Shown here: positions 1 to 10,400 of the stretch, one piece after another
Layout: every line of letters starts with the position of its first letter
Numbering within the stretch: position 1 is the stretch's first letter
DNA from: Terriglobia bacterium
Lineage (GTDB): Bacteria > Acidobacteriota > Terriglobia > Acidiferrales > UBA7541
Assembly: GCA_963695545.1 (NCBI GenBank)
Contig: OY968796.1
Coordinates: 2,752,001-2,816,000 of the forward strand
Direction of reading: 5' to 3'
Length of the DNA stretch: 64,000 nucleotides
The notes under the pieces: model-generated
Databases searched by the model: none
What the model saw: the letters and a program-made list of their open reading frames with translations, nothing else
Told to the model about the DNA's origin: nothing
Position numbers and translations under genes: made by a program

Positions 1-194
1 TTGCGCCGCGCGCCGCGCTCAAAGTCACCGAGTATCAGGCGGCGCGCACAATCGCATTGCCCTTTTTCAATCGATTGCAAGAATGGCAGATCGACGAAGT
101 GTGTAAGAACTTGAGCCAGCTGACGGATCAAGCCAGGAGAATAATTTCTTTGGACGAACCGGTTCTCAAATCAAGCGGTGCGTCGTTCGAGTGA
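1..194 (+). CDS. 3' end of a DegT/DnrJ/EryC1/StrS-family PLP aminotransferase (partial, 5' truncated)
   Basis: Frame from nt 3 reads ...LKVTEYQAARTIALPFFNRLQEWQIDEVCKNL...FE*, matching the family C-terminal pattern; TGA at 192-194. Not in the ORF track. Confidence 0.7.
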   Translation, partial: APRAALKVTEYQAARTIALPFFNRLQEWQIDEVCKNLSQLTDQARRIISLDEPVLKSSGASFE

Positions 195-384
195 TTCTCG
201 GCGGGTGGCGCCGCGGTGGAGAGACTGGGCCAGCGCGCTACAATGGCCCGCCATTTGCCCTGCACCGCCGGGCGAGCAAAACGTGCTGGCGGGCGCCGCA
301 AGCCGCTCGCTTGCCAACTGGCGACGTTTCGCGCGCCGATGTATATTCTGATTGAGCTGGAAGCGATCAGAATCCCTATCATTC

Positions 385-1473
385 ATGCGAATCCTCGCGG
401 CCATTGTCGGATGCTTCTTGCTCGTCACGGTTATCGTCGATTCGTTCCAGACCGTGATTCTCGCGCGGCGCGCGAATCGCAAGTGGCGCATCACGCGCGC
501 TTTTTATCTCTCCACGTGGACGATTTTTTCCGCCATCGCGCGGCGCATCAAGCTCGACCGGCGCCGCGAGACCTACCTGGGCGTTTTCGGCGCGCTCTCG
601 CTGGTCTCTCTATTCGCACTTTGGGCGTGCGGGCTGATTCTCGCGTTTGCGCTGATGCAGTGGGCTGCGCACGGGCAATTGCTCGACGCCTCCACCAGTT
701 TTGGAAATGCTTTGTACTTCAGCGCGGCGACGTTTTTCACTCTGGGGTCGCCCGTGTCCGGAAGTTTCTGGGTGAAACTCCTGACGGTTTCCGAGGTCGG
801 CCTCGGATATAGCTTCCTTGCACTGGTGATCAGCTACCTCCCGGTGTTCTACGGTTCGTTTTCGCAGCGCGAGCTGCGCATTTCGCTTCTCGATGCGCGC
901 GCCGGCTCGCCTCCCGTGACGAGCGAGCTCTTGCTTCGGCAAGGCGTCAACCCCGACAAGTTCGAGCGGCAGCTTGCCGATTGGGAGGAGTGGGGCGCGG
1001 AGCTTCTCGAAAGCCATCTTTCCTACCCGGTGCTGGCTTATTTTCGCTCGCAGCACTCGAACCAATCCTGGCTAGCCACGCTGACCACAATTGTCGACGC
1101 GAGCGCCGTGGTCATGATCACGGCCAAAGGCGATTTGCGTCAGCAGGCCGAGGTCACGTTCGCCATCGGGCAGCACGCCCTGAAGGATTTGACGGCCGTC
1201 TTCCGCAAGACGCCGCGAGCGCCGCATTCCGATCGCTTGCCAGAGGAGGATTTCGCGCGGCTGCGGACCGCGCTGGCCGCGGGACCCGTTCCTTTGCAGT
1301 TCGACGACACCTCCGAAGACAAATTGCGAAATCTGAGAGCGGCTTATGAGCCGTACGCATACACTCTCTCTCTCCATTTTATGATGTTGCTTCCGAGCTG
1401 GGTTCCGGGCGGCGTGGTTCATCACAATTGGCAAATAGACTCCCCGGCGCGGCCGGCGCTGTTCCGGGCGTAA
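385..1473 (+). CDS. Potassium-channel-family (Ion_trans_2-like) membrane protein
   Basis: Hydrophobic helices, pore-helix motif ALYFSAATFFTLG, and the tail SHLSYPVLAYFRSQH typical of this bacterial family. ATG 385 preferred over TTG 352. Confidence 0.75.
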   Translation: MRILAAIVGCFLLVTVIVDSFQTVILARRANRKWRITRAFYLSTWTIFSAIARRIKLDRRRETYLGVFGALSLVSLFALWACGLILAFALMQWAAHGQLLDASTSFGNALYFSAATFFTLGSPVSGSFWVKLLTVSEVGLGYSFLALVISYLPVFYGSFSQRELRISLLDARAGSPPVTSELLLRQGVNPDKFERQLADWEEWGAELLESHLSYPVLAYFRSQHSNQSWLATLTTIVDASAVVMITAKGDLRQQAEVTFAIGQHALKDLTAVFRKTPRAPHSDRLPEEDFARLRTALAAGPVPLQFDDTSEDKLRNLRAAYEPYAYTLSLHFMMLLPSWVPGGVVHHNWQIDSPARPALFRA

Positions 1474-1490
1474 ATCGAATCGAGCGCATC

Positions 1491-2228
1491 GTGGCCGAAG
1501 CTACAGAAAATAATCCCACGGCGGATAATCCGCCAATCGATCAGTTGAAGCTGGCCGCCGCTAACGCGGCCGTCGCGCAACTCGAAAGCGGCATGATCGT
1601 CGGCCTCGGATCGGGGTCGACCGCGACGCTGGCCATCGGCGCGATGGGCAAGCGCGTTGCGGAAGAAGGTCTGCGAATCATTGGAATTCCCACGTCAGAG
1701 AAATCGGCCGCGCTAGCGCGTCGCGTGGATATTCCTTTGACCACGTTGGGCGAACATCCGCGAATCGACGTGACCATCGACGGCGCAGACGAAGTCGAGG
1801 TGGGCGCGCTCAATTTGATCAAAGGCGGTGGCGGAGATCTTCTGCGCGAAAAAATTGTGGCGAGTGCGAGCGCGCGATTGGTGATTATCGTCGACGAGAC
1901 AAAATTGGTCGATCGGCTGGGCCGGCGCTTCGCGGTGCCGGTTGAAGTCGAACCATTTGGTTGGCAATCCACGGCCATCCATTTGAAGCGATTGCGCGCG
2001 GATCCCACGCTGCGCCTCGCGCCCGATGGCCGAACCTTCGTGACCGATGGCGGTCACTACATTCTGGACATGGCGTTTGGACCGATCGAATCGCCAGCGA
2101 CCCTCGATGAAAGCTTGAACAACATCGTCGGCGTCATGGAGCACGGCCTGTTCATCGGCCTGGCATCGCAAGTGATCGTCGGCAGCTCGAAGGGCGTCCG
2201 AATGTTGTTTCGCTCGGGCGCGAAGTAA
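1491..2228 (+). CDS. rpiA: Ribose-5-phosphate isomerase A
   Basis: GLGSGST, DGADEV, IKGGGG.LLREKIV, VTDGGHYILD, GVMEHGLF. Start at GTG 1491 is inferred. Confidence 0.95.
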   Translation: MAEATENNPTADNPPIDQLKLAAANAAVAQLESGMIVGLGSGSTATLAIGAMGKRVAEEGLRIIGIPTSEKSAALARRVDIPLTTLGEHPRIDVTIDGADEVEVGALNLIKGGGGDLLREKIVASASARLVIIVDETKLVDRLGRRFAVPVEVEPFGWQSTAIHLKRLRADPTLRLAPDGRTFVTDGGHYILDMAFGPIESPATLDESLNNIVGVMEHGLFIGLASQVIVGSSKGVRMLFRSGAK

Positions 2229-2294
2229 TGAGAAGCGCTCCCTCGCCCAGTGCGATCATCAGAGAAATGTTGCGCGCGGACGTTCGCAGCAGAG

Positions 2295-3272
2295 CTATGC
2301 GCCAGCCTCGCTCGCATTTGCTTCCGCTTCTTCCTCCTGCTTGGGCGCCTCGAGTGGAAAGCCCCGCCGACGCCACGCGTCCAAGCCGTCGGCCAGCGGA
2401 CGAATCTGCGTGATTCCCAGCGCGCGGAGCCGAAGCGCGACGCGGGCGGACGTCGCTTCATTCGGGCAGCTGCAAAACACCACGATCTCGCGATCGCGCG
2501 GAATCACTTCAAAGGCTTCCTCGAGATCCGCTGCGTCCATCTGTACAGCGCCCGGAATTGTCAGCGGTTCGGCCTCAACTTCTAGCGCGGATCGCAGATC
2601 CACGATCACCACGTCCTCGCCCGAATCCATTCGATGCTTTAGTTCGTCCGCGGTGATCCGCGCGATCCGCAAGTTGTTCAGAAACCGCTGACGGTTGAAA
2701 TATTTAAATCCGATGTATCCGCCCAGCGCGGCAAGCAGCAGCACAAATAGCCCGCTGCCCAGGAACGCGAGATGAACCGCAACCCGTTCGAGTTCGCCGC
2801 TGAACAAGTAACCCGTGCCGATATACGCGGTCGCCCAGAGAATGGCCCCAAGCCCCTGGAACACCACGAATCGCTGCCAGCGCATGTGACTGATCCCCGA
2901 CAGCGGTGCCGCCACCGAGTTCAGTCCCGGAACAAATTTGGCGACGAGCAATGCCCGCGCGCCGCGGCGGGCGAACGTCGTCTGTGTTTTGCGCACGCAC
3001 GAGTCCGGTTCCAGGGAAATCCGGCAGATCAGCTTAAGAACGCCCACACCACGCCTGCGTCCAAGCACGTACCAACCGTAGTCGGCCGTCGTTGCGGCCA
3101 CTATCGCCAGGGCCGCGACGGCGTACACATTCATGCGATGAGTTCCCGCGAGCGCGCCGGCAGCGAGCAATAGGGGACCGGCGGGTATCGGCAAACCCGC
3201 TTGCTCGACGAATACCCACACAAAAAGAAGCCAGTAGCCGTGCCGAACCAGAAATTCGAGTATTTCGTTCAT
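2295..3272 (-). CDS. DedA/VTT-family membrane protein with C-terminal rhodanese domain
   Basis: EQAGLPIPA..LL.AG, AKFVPGL (DedA), then IVDLR...IPGA...VVFCSCPNEATSA (rhodanese). Confidence 0.9.
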   Translation of the reverse strand: MNEILEFLVRHGYWLLFVWVFVEQAGLPIPAGPLLLAAGALAGTHRMNVYAVAALAIVAATTADYGWYVLGRRRGVGVLKLICRISLEPDSCVRKTQTTFARRGARALLVAKFVPGLNSVAAPLSGISHMRWQRFVVFQGLGAILWATAYIGTGYLFSGELERVAVHLAFLGSGLFVLLLAALGGYIGFKYFNRQRFLNNLRIARITADELKHRMDSGEDVVIVDLRSALEVEAEPLTIPGAVQMDAADLEEAFEVIPRDREIVVFCSCPNEATSARVALRLRALGITQIRPLADGLDAWRRRGFPLEAPKQEEEAEANASEAGA

Positions 3273-3601
3273 TTGCGATGAAGCCTTTCTTGCTCCGTCG
3301 CGTTTCCTTCGCTGCTACCGCCATCGCCGCGATACGTACGCGGAAATCCGCGCGCGCGATGAGCAAGCGCCGGACTAATCAGGCTTTCGACAGATAGCAT
3401 ATTCTTCCAAGGAAGACGAGCGATTGACGAACGTCCGCGATGCGGCAGCCCAGGTGGGTTCGCGGGGCCGCAACTTTTCGGCAAATTACGGACCGCGACA
3501 TTCACGCCCGAAACAGATACCCAGTTTCCTGCCAGATGCAGGATAATGGAAGCAGCCGCGGCAATTCTGATTTGCGCGCGTGAGCAGACCTACTAAACCG
3601 C

Positions 3602-5377
3602 ATGCCACCCAAAGATAAACCGGAACAATTACGCAGCTTTCGCTGGTTCGGCGGCAAGTCGATGACCGACTTCATGCATCGTTCTCGGATGCAGCAACTA
3701 GGATTTCGCCCGGAAGATTTTGTCGGCAAGCCACTGATCGCGATCATCAACACCTGGAGCGAAATGAATCCGTGCAACGCGCATCTGCGCGAGCGCGCGG
3801 AAGCGGTGAAGCGCGGCGTCTGGCAGGCGGGCGGCTTTCCGGTGGAAATTCCGGCGTTCTCGATTCCCGAACCCTACATGAAGCCGAGTCCCATGATGTA
3901 CCGCAATCTTCTGGCGATGGAGACCGAGGAAGCGTTGCGTAGCCAGCCGGTGGACGGCGCAGTGCTCATGGGCGGTTGCGATAAAACGACGCCGGGTTTG
4001 CTGATGGGCGCGATCAGCGTGAATTTGCCTGCCATTTATTTGCCCGGCGGACCGATGCTTCGCGGCAATTGGGAAGGTCAGCCGCTCGGCAGCGGAACCG
4101 ATCTCCGCAAATTCTGGACCGAGCGCTGCGCCGGCACGATCAGCGAGCAACAATGGAACGATATGGAGGCCGGCATCGCGCGCTCGCCCGGCTTTTGCAT
4201 GACCATGGGCACTGCGTCGACGATGACGGCGCTCGCCGAAGCGCTGGGCGTCACGCTGCCTGGCGCATCCTCGATTCCCGCGCCCGACTCGAATCACACG
4301 CGCATGGCCATGAATTGCGGCCAGCGCATCGTCGAAATGGTTTGGGCCGACGCGCTGCCGAAAGATATTCTTACGCGGAAAGCATTCGAGAACGCCATCA
4401 CCGTGGATATGGCCATCGGCGGATCGACGAACGCCATCATTCATCTTGTCGCCATGGCAGGCCGTTGCGGATTGCCGCTCGAGTTGTCTCTGTTCGATCG
4501 CATCTCGCAGCGCGTTCCCGTGCTCGCCAACATTCGCCCGTCCGGCGCGTTCCTGATGGAGGATTTCTACTACGCCGGCGGCCTTCGCGCGTTGATGTCC
4601 GAGATAGAAGACCTGCTGCATCTTGACTGCATGACGGTGAACGGCAAAACGCTGGGCGAAAATCTCGCCGGTGCGAAAGTGATCAATCGCGAAGTCATTC
4701 GGCCGCGCGGCAATCCGCTTTCGCCGACCGGCGGCACGGCGATTCTTTACGGCAGCCTGGCTCCAGACGGCGCCGTGCTGAAAACTTCCGCAGCCACGCC
4801 GCGCTTGCTGAAACATACCGGACCCGCCGTGGTGTTCAAGAATTACAATGACTTGGAAGCGCGCATCGACTGCGAAGATCTCGACGTGACTGAAGATTCT
4901 GTGCTCGTGTTGCAGAGCGCCGGTCCGTTGGGTGGACCGGGGATGCCGGAATGGGGCATGCTGCCGATCCCCAAGAAGCTTTTACTCAAAGGCGTGCGCG
5001 ATATGGTGCGCATTTCCGATGCGCGCATGAGCGGCACGGCTTACGGTACCTGCGTTCTGCACGTCTCGCCGGAAAGTTTCATCGGCGGGCCGCTGGCGTT
5101 TGTGCAAGATGGTGATCTCATCTCGCTCGACGCCGACGCGCGACGCCTCGATCTGCTTGTCGCCGAAAAGGAATTGGCGGCTCGCCGCGCGAAATGGGTC
5201 AAGCCTCAAGCCAGGTTCGGTCGCGGCTATGGCGCGTTGTACGCGGAGCGCGTTACGCAGGCCAACCTGGGCTGCGATTTCGATTTCCTCGAGGCGGGCG
5301 CCGAACCGAGCGCGGAGATGGACGACGACCAGCCCGTAAGCCGACGCACCGACACGCGCGAACCCGAGATCCACTAG
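3602..5377 (+). CDS. IlvD/Edd-family dehydratase, probably the L-arabinonate/sugar-acid dehydratase subgroup
   Basis: NPCNAHL, GCDKTTP, CMTMGTASTM, GGSTNA, GPGMPEWG, SDARMSGT; C-terminal EPEIH. Confidence 0.9.
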   Translation: MPPKDKPEQLRSFRWFGGKSMTDFMHRSRMQQLGFRPEDFVGKPLIAIINTWSEMNPCNAHLRERAEAVKRGVWQAGGFPVEIPAFSIPEPYMKPSPMMYRNLLAMETEEALRSQPVDGAVLMGGCDKTTPGLLMGAISVNLPAIYLPGGPMLRGNWEGQPLGSGTDLRKFWTERCAGTISEQQWNDMEAGIARSPGFCMTMGTASTMTALAEALGVTLPGASSIPAPDSNHTRMAMNCGQRIVEMVWADALPKDILTRKAFENAITVDMAIGGSTNAIIHLVAMAGRCGLPLELSLFDRISQRVPVLANIRPSGAFLMEDFYYAGGLRALMSEIEDLLHLDCMTVNGKTLGENLAGAKVINREVIRPRGNPLSPTGGTAILYGSLAPDGAVLKTSAATPRLLKHTGPAVVFKNYNDLEARIDCEDLDVTEDSVLVLQSAGPLGGPGMPEWGMLPIPKKLLLKGVRDMVRISDARMSGTAYGTCVLHVSPESFIGGPLAFVQDGDLISLDADARRLDLLVAEKELAARRAKWVKPQARFGRGYGALYAERVTQANLGCDFDFLEAGAEPSAEMDDDQPVSRRTDTREPEIH

Positions 5378-5457
5378 GCCGCAGGACTATGCGCAGCGCG
5401 TTGCCCCAACGCGCGCGGCACCGTGATTGCCTCAACGGCTCTGGGCTTGATATCGGC

Positions 5458-5487
5458 GGTGCGATTTGGTGCAGAGTGGTGTATACT
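5458..5487 (+). promoter_or_regulatory. Putative promoter (TATACT -10) with three phased GGTG(C/T) direct repeats
   Basis: GGTGC 5458, GGTGC 5468, GGTGT 5478; TATACT 5482-5487; ATG at 5494. Confidence 0.5.
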
Positions 5488-5493
5488 TGCTCC

Positions 5494-5751
5494 ATGAACG
5501 CTTCGCAGAAATCTGTACGCCAGAGCATTTCACTTCCTTCGGATCTGGCCACGAAGGTACGCAAGCTGGCGAAAAATCAGCGAACCAGCACCAATCATGT
5601 GCTTGTGGACCTTATTGAGACCGGCATCGACTCCAAAGAAAACCAGCGGCGCAGATTCTTCGATCTCGCCGATCGGTTGAGCGCGTCATCCGATCCGGCT
5701 GAGCGAAAACGCATTAAGAAAGACTTGGCGCGCCTGACGTTCGGGGAATAG
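5494..5751 (+). CDS. Ribbon-helix-helix (CopG/Arc-like) protein, putative antitoxin
   Basis: VRQSISLPSDLATKVRKLAK.QRTSTNHVLVDLIETGI fits the RHH strand-helix-helix pattern; 85 aa from ATG 5494. Confidence 0.7.
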   Translation: MNASQKSVRQSISLPSDLATKVRKLAKNQRTSTNHVLVDLIETGIDSKENQRRRFFDLADRLSASSDPAERKRIKKDLARLTFGE

Positions 5752-5994
5752 ATGCCCCGGATTCAGTGGACCGATTTGCCGCCAGCGCTGCGCGATCATC
5801 TCTTTGAGCGTCTTCGCGAGCGCAAGATAACCGCGGCGGATTTGTACCAACTGAGACTTTGGCGCGAATCGGAACCTGAGGCGCCGGAAGGCCCGTGGTT
5901 CAAGGACTTCGGTTCGTTCAAGATTTGCGGCTACGGGAAATATCCGAAAACCTTCCTCCTGCGCGGCCAACCGGCTAAAGGTCAGAAACTCTAA
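5752..5994 (+). CDS. Small basic hypothetical protein (80 aa), putative toxin partner
   Basis: ATG immediately follows the RHH stop (TAG-ATG); no family recognised. Confidence 0.6.
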   Translation: MPRIQWTDLPPALRDHLFERLRERKITAADLYQLRLWRESEPEAPEGPWFKDFGSFKICGYGKYPKTFLLRGQPAKGQKL

Positions 5995-6052
5995 GCGCGG
6001 CCGGGAAATCGCGTTGTGGTGTTGTAGGGAATGACTTCAATATTCGGCGTGT

Positions 6053-7396
6053 TCACGATATCCCCATGCGCTCCTGCAATTGCTCGAGCGAGGCTTGCTT
6101 GGTTTCGGGAAACAAAAACAGAACCACGAAGAATTGCACCACCATCATCGCCGCGAAAAACACGAACGGGTATGCGCCCGATCGTTGCGCAACGATCGGA
6201 AACCCGAACGATAGCAGCGCGTTCATCACCCAATGTGCGCCGGCGCCAAGGCTCTGGCCCTTGCCGCGCACGCGCGTGGGAAAAATCTCGCTGAGGTAAA
6301 CCCAAATCACCGATCCCTGTGAGATCGCGAAGAACGCGATGTAGATTACCAGCAGCCACACCAAATATTGCGCGTGACGATGCGTGAAAAATACCGCCGC
6401 CACTCCGCCGAGACACGCTGCCGTGCCCACCGAGCCAACCAGCAGAAGACGCTTCCGGCCAACGCGATCGATCAGCGTCATGGCGAAAAGCGTGGCGAGC
6501 AGATTCATGCCGCCGATAGCGACGGCCTGCAAATTGCTCGAGACGCGGCTAAAACCCGCGGCCGCGAAAATGTCGTTGAGGTAGTACAGAATCGCGTTGA
6601 TGCCGGTGAATTGATTGAACACGCCGATCGTGATGGCCAGGAAAATCGGCGTGCCGTATTTCAGTTTGCCGCCAACGCGCCTGAACAGCGGCTCGTTGCG
6701 CGTGATGCGTTCCGCTTCGATCGATTCGCGAATCTCCGCAAGCTCAGCGTGCGCGTCGGGCGAACCCATCAGTTCAAGCACAGCCAGCGCCTCGGCCATG
6801 CGGTCCTGTGTGGCGAGCCATCGCGAGCTGCGCGGAATGCCAAACAAGAGCAGAAGAAAAAGCAGAGAAGGGATCGCCGCCACGCCGAGTTCCCATCTCC
6901 ACTCGACGGCGCCAAGATGCGCGAGGCCGATCAAATAGTTGGAAAAATAGGCGAGCAGAATCCCAACCACGATGTTGATTTGAAATGTGCCGACCAGTCT
7001 CCCGCGCAGTCGCGGCGGCGCGAGTTCCGCGATGTACACCGGACACAGAACCGACGATCCTCCGATTCCCAGGCCGCCGAGAAAGCGCGCGGCGAGAAAT
7101 GCGTGCCAACTCCACGCGAACGCGCAGCCGAGCGAGCACACCAGATAAAGCACCGCCATCCATCGCATCATCTCGCGCGAGCCGTATCTCTGCGCCAGCG
7201 TACCCACGCATAGGCAGCCGATTACAGTTCCCCAAAGCGCGATGGAGACCGTGAATCCAAGTTGCGCGGGACTGAGGCGATAAACGCGAGTGAGTGCCGC
7301 GGTTGTGCCGGAGATCACGGCGGTGTCGAAGCCGAAAAGCAGGCCGCCGAGCGCGCCTACGAACGTGCTTCTAACAACGTAACGGTTCAACGCCAC
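6053..7396 (-). CDS. Sugar porter family MFS transporter
   Basis: GGLLFGFDTAVISG, YIAELAP..LRG.L, QFTGINAILYY, SEIFPT..RG, PETK. GTG 7396 is the likely start. Confidence 0.95.
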   Translation of the reverse strand: MALNRYVVRSTFVGALGGLLFGFDTAVISGTTAALTRVYRLSPAQLGFTVSIALWGTVIGCLCVGTLAQRYGSREMMRWMAVLYLVCSLGCAFAWSWHAFLAARFLGGLGIGGSSVLCPVYIAELAPPRLRGRLVGTFQINIVVGILLAYFSNYLIGLAHLGAVEWRWELGVAAIPSLLFLLLLFGIPRSSRWLATQDRMAEALAVLELMGSPDAHAELAEIRESIEAERITRNEPLFRRVGGKLKYGTPIFLAITIGVFNQFTGINAILYYLNDIFAAAGFSRVSSNLQAVAIGGMNLLATLFAMTLIDRVGRKRLLLVGSVGTAACLGGVAAVFFTHRHAQYLVWLLVIYIAFFAISQGSVIWVYLSEIFPTRVRGKGQSLGAGAHWVMNALLSFGFPIVAQRSGAYPFVFFAAMMVVQFFVVLFLFPETKQASLEQLQERMGIS

Positions 7397-7412
7397 TCGC
7401 TCGTCTCCCGTT

Positions 7413-10400
7413 TCACTGCGCTGGTTTGGCCGTCGCGCTGCCGTGCGCTGCGTATCGAGCAGGTGAATCCGGCGAAAAAACAATTTTCACCGTCTCGATC
7501 GAAAACGGAGCCGTGTGAATCGTCACGCGATTTCCGTCGAGCGGAAGCGGCTCGCCGGGCTGCTCCAGCAAGTTCGCGCGGTACGCTTCCTGCGCGCCTG
7601 GCGGCAATTCCAGGGTGACGTCGGTTGCGCGCCCCGCCCATTCGTAGAACCGCGCGATCAGCGCGTCGTCGTCCTCGTCCTTCTTGAGCGCGGTGAGCAC
7701 TACGTTGTCGGGCGTGACGCGCAGAAACGAATGCACGCTGCCGAGCGCGCCGTCGTGGCTGGCCAATTGCGATGCGATCAACTTGTAGTTGAGCTCGTAG
7801 CCCTGCCGCACGGTGTCGGCCTTTCGCCAGTCTTGATCGTGCGGATAGAGCGAGTACGTGAAGTGGTGGCGGCCCTGGTCAGCCTGCGGATCCGGATACG
7901 TCGGCGAACGCAAAAGCGAAATGCGCAACACGTTGTCCTTCCCGTCGTAGCCGTACTTGCAATCGTTCAGCAGGCTGAAGCCGTGCGCGGCGTCGCCGAG
8001 ATCGGCCCATTGCAGTGCGGGCACCTCGAACATGGCTTGTTCCTGCGGCGTGCGGCGCGTCGTCGGCCGCTCGATCGAGCCGAAGGGGATTTCATACGTC
8101 GCAACGTCGGAGTGCGCCGCGAGCGTGAATCCGGCTTTGAGCAAAATATGTTGCTCGTGCCAATCGGCGTCGGTGACCACATCGACGCGCGGAATCCCGG
8201 CGGACACCGTGATGTCCTGCACGAACGTCGAGCTCTGAAATTTCTTGGTCACGCGAATCACGGCGCACAGAGGCCCGCGCTCGACGAGTTGCACGCTTTC
8301 GGCCTGCGTCAGGTCCCAATGCACTTTCTCGAAATCGGCGTCGATATTCCACGCGTCGTATTCTTTCGGCTTGTCGACAAAAGTCTGCAGCAGATTGCCG
8401 CAACTGCCGGGTACGAGCGCCTCGTAGTTGCTGGATTTCAACACAAGGCTGGTGATGCAGCCTGTCTTCGCATCCACGCGCACGCGAAGAAACTCATTCT
8501 CGAGCGCGCCTTCGCTCGCACGCAGCGTTGTCGGCGCCACGCGCGGCTTCGCCGCAGGAACCACGCGAAACACTTCGTAACCGAGCGAAGGCACCGCGCG
8601 CGCGAGGAAACGCACGCGAAACGTATTCGTCTCGGGGTGCCGCTCGACGATTTCGGACAGTACGAGCCGGCCCGTCGCGTCCAGCACTTCGACTCCGGGC
8701 GTTGCGTGTGGCATCTGAACCGTCGCTTCCGTGACGTCGGTTCTGTCCCATGCAAGCGGATTCATCACGAGAACTGCGACGCCCGGTCCGTTTGTGTCGG
8801 CATACGCGGCCAGCGTTCCGAGCGAATCGCGCAAGCTTTCGTCGCCCACGTGGCGCACCTCGGCGTAGTCGCGGGCCGCATCCTTATATATGGCGGGGAT
8901 GCCCGATCCCGCCGCGACGTCATGAAATTGGTTGAAGAGCACTTTTTTCCACGCGTCGTTCAATTGCTGGCCCGGATATGTCGCGCCGGCCAGCGATGCA
9001 AGCGAGGCGAATTTCTCCGCGTTCAAGAGCAGTTCTTCGCTCTCGCGATTGCGGCGCTTCGTTTCGGCTTGCGTAGTGAAAACGCCGCGATGATATTCCA
9101 GATACAGCTCGTTTTTCCAAGTGGGCAAATCCAGTGCAGGTAGCTCCCGCTCGACGTCCTGGAAGTAGCCGAGTGCGGTGCCATCGAAAATGCGCGGGAA
9201 CGGCATTTTGGGATTCATCCATTGCTGTCCTTCCTCGAGCATCGCGCGTGTTGGCCCGCCGCCATGATCGCCGATGCCGTAAAGGTGCATCATTTCGTCA
9301 AGGCCCGGCGTCTTCGACTCGAGATCGGCGAAATCGCCCGCGATTTTCACCGGATCCATGGTGTTCACATAGCTGTGAGGAAAATACGCCAGGACTCGGC
9401 TTCCATCCGGCGCCTGCCACCAGAACAAGTTGTATGGAAATTTCCACGTGTCGTTCCACGAGATTTTTTGCGTCACGAAATAATCCACGCCGGCCTTCTT
9501 GTAAATTTGCGGAAGCTGCCAGTTGTAACCGAACGAATCCGGATTCCAGCCCACGCGCACGTCCACGCCGAACGCATCTTTAAAATAGCGCTTTCCAATC
9601 AGCAATTGCCGCACTTGCGATTCGCCCGTGGGCATGTTCAGATCGGGCTCGTTCCACATTCCTCCGACGATCTCCCAGCGGCCTTCGGCGACGCGTTTCT
9701 GAATTTCCGCGAATAGATCGGGATATTTCTCCTGGAGCCAGACGTCCATCTGCGCCGACGATTGCGTGTAGATGTAGTTGGGATATTCCTGCATCAGTTG
9801 CAGCGCCGTGCTGAATGTGTTGCGCACCACTTCCATCGCTTCCGAACTCGGCCACAGCCACGCGAGGTCGATGTGCGAATTGCCCACCGCGCGCACCGAA
9901 TATTTTTTCAGCGCGGGGTCGAGCGCGCCGAGTTGCGCGACCGCCCCGGTCAAAGACGCATCGAAGGTTTTCTGATCGCCCCTCGCCAGCGCTGCTGAAT
10001 CCACGGCCGCGTTTGCCGAGTCGATAATCGCCGTGGCCTCGGTCTTCGTCGGTTGCGTCGTGTCGGAAAAGAAGCCCAGCAATTCCCGGTCGGCCTCGAG
10101 CGCGTCTGCCACCATCCCGGCATCGGGCCGGCCCGCGGCGGCGTGCACGGAAATCGTCGCGCTGCGGAAATGATTTTCGACGGGCATGCACAGCACCTTC
10201 ACCGCAATCACAATCTTCTGGCCCGGCTGCACGTTCGTGCCGATCGGGATCGGTTCAAGGTCGGTGCCCATCGCGGCGCGCACGCCATTCACATAGATGA
10301 TGTTCGGATAACTGCGCGTCGTGTCCGATGAAAACGAGAACGTCAGCGTCGCGCCGGTGAAATCGTAGCCCGCGCCGGCCGGCGGCACGTCGATCTCTCG

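Noticed and set aside
5396..5414. Hairpin GCGCGTTG-ccc-CAACGCGC after the dehydratase gene as a terminator
   Set aside because: No following T-tract, so an intrinsic terminator is not supported.
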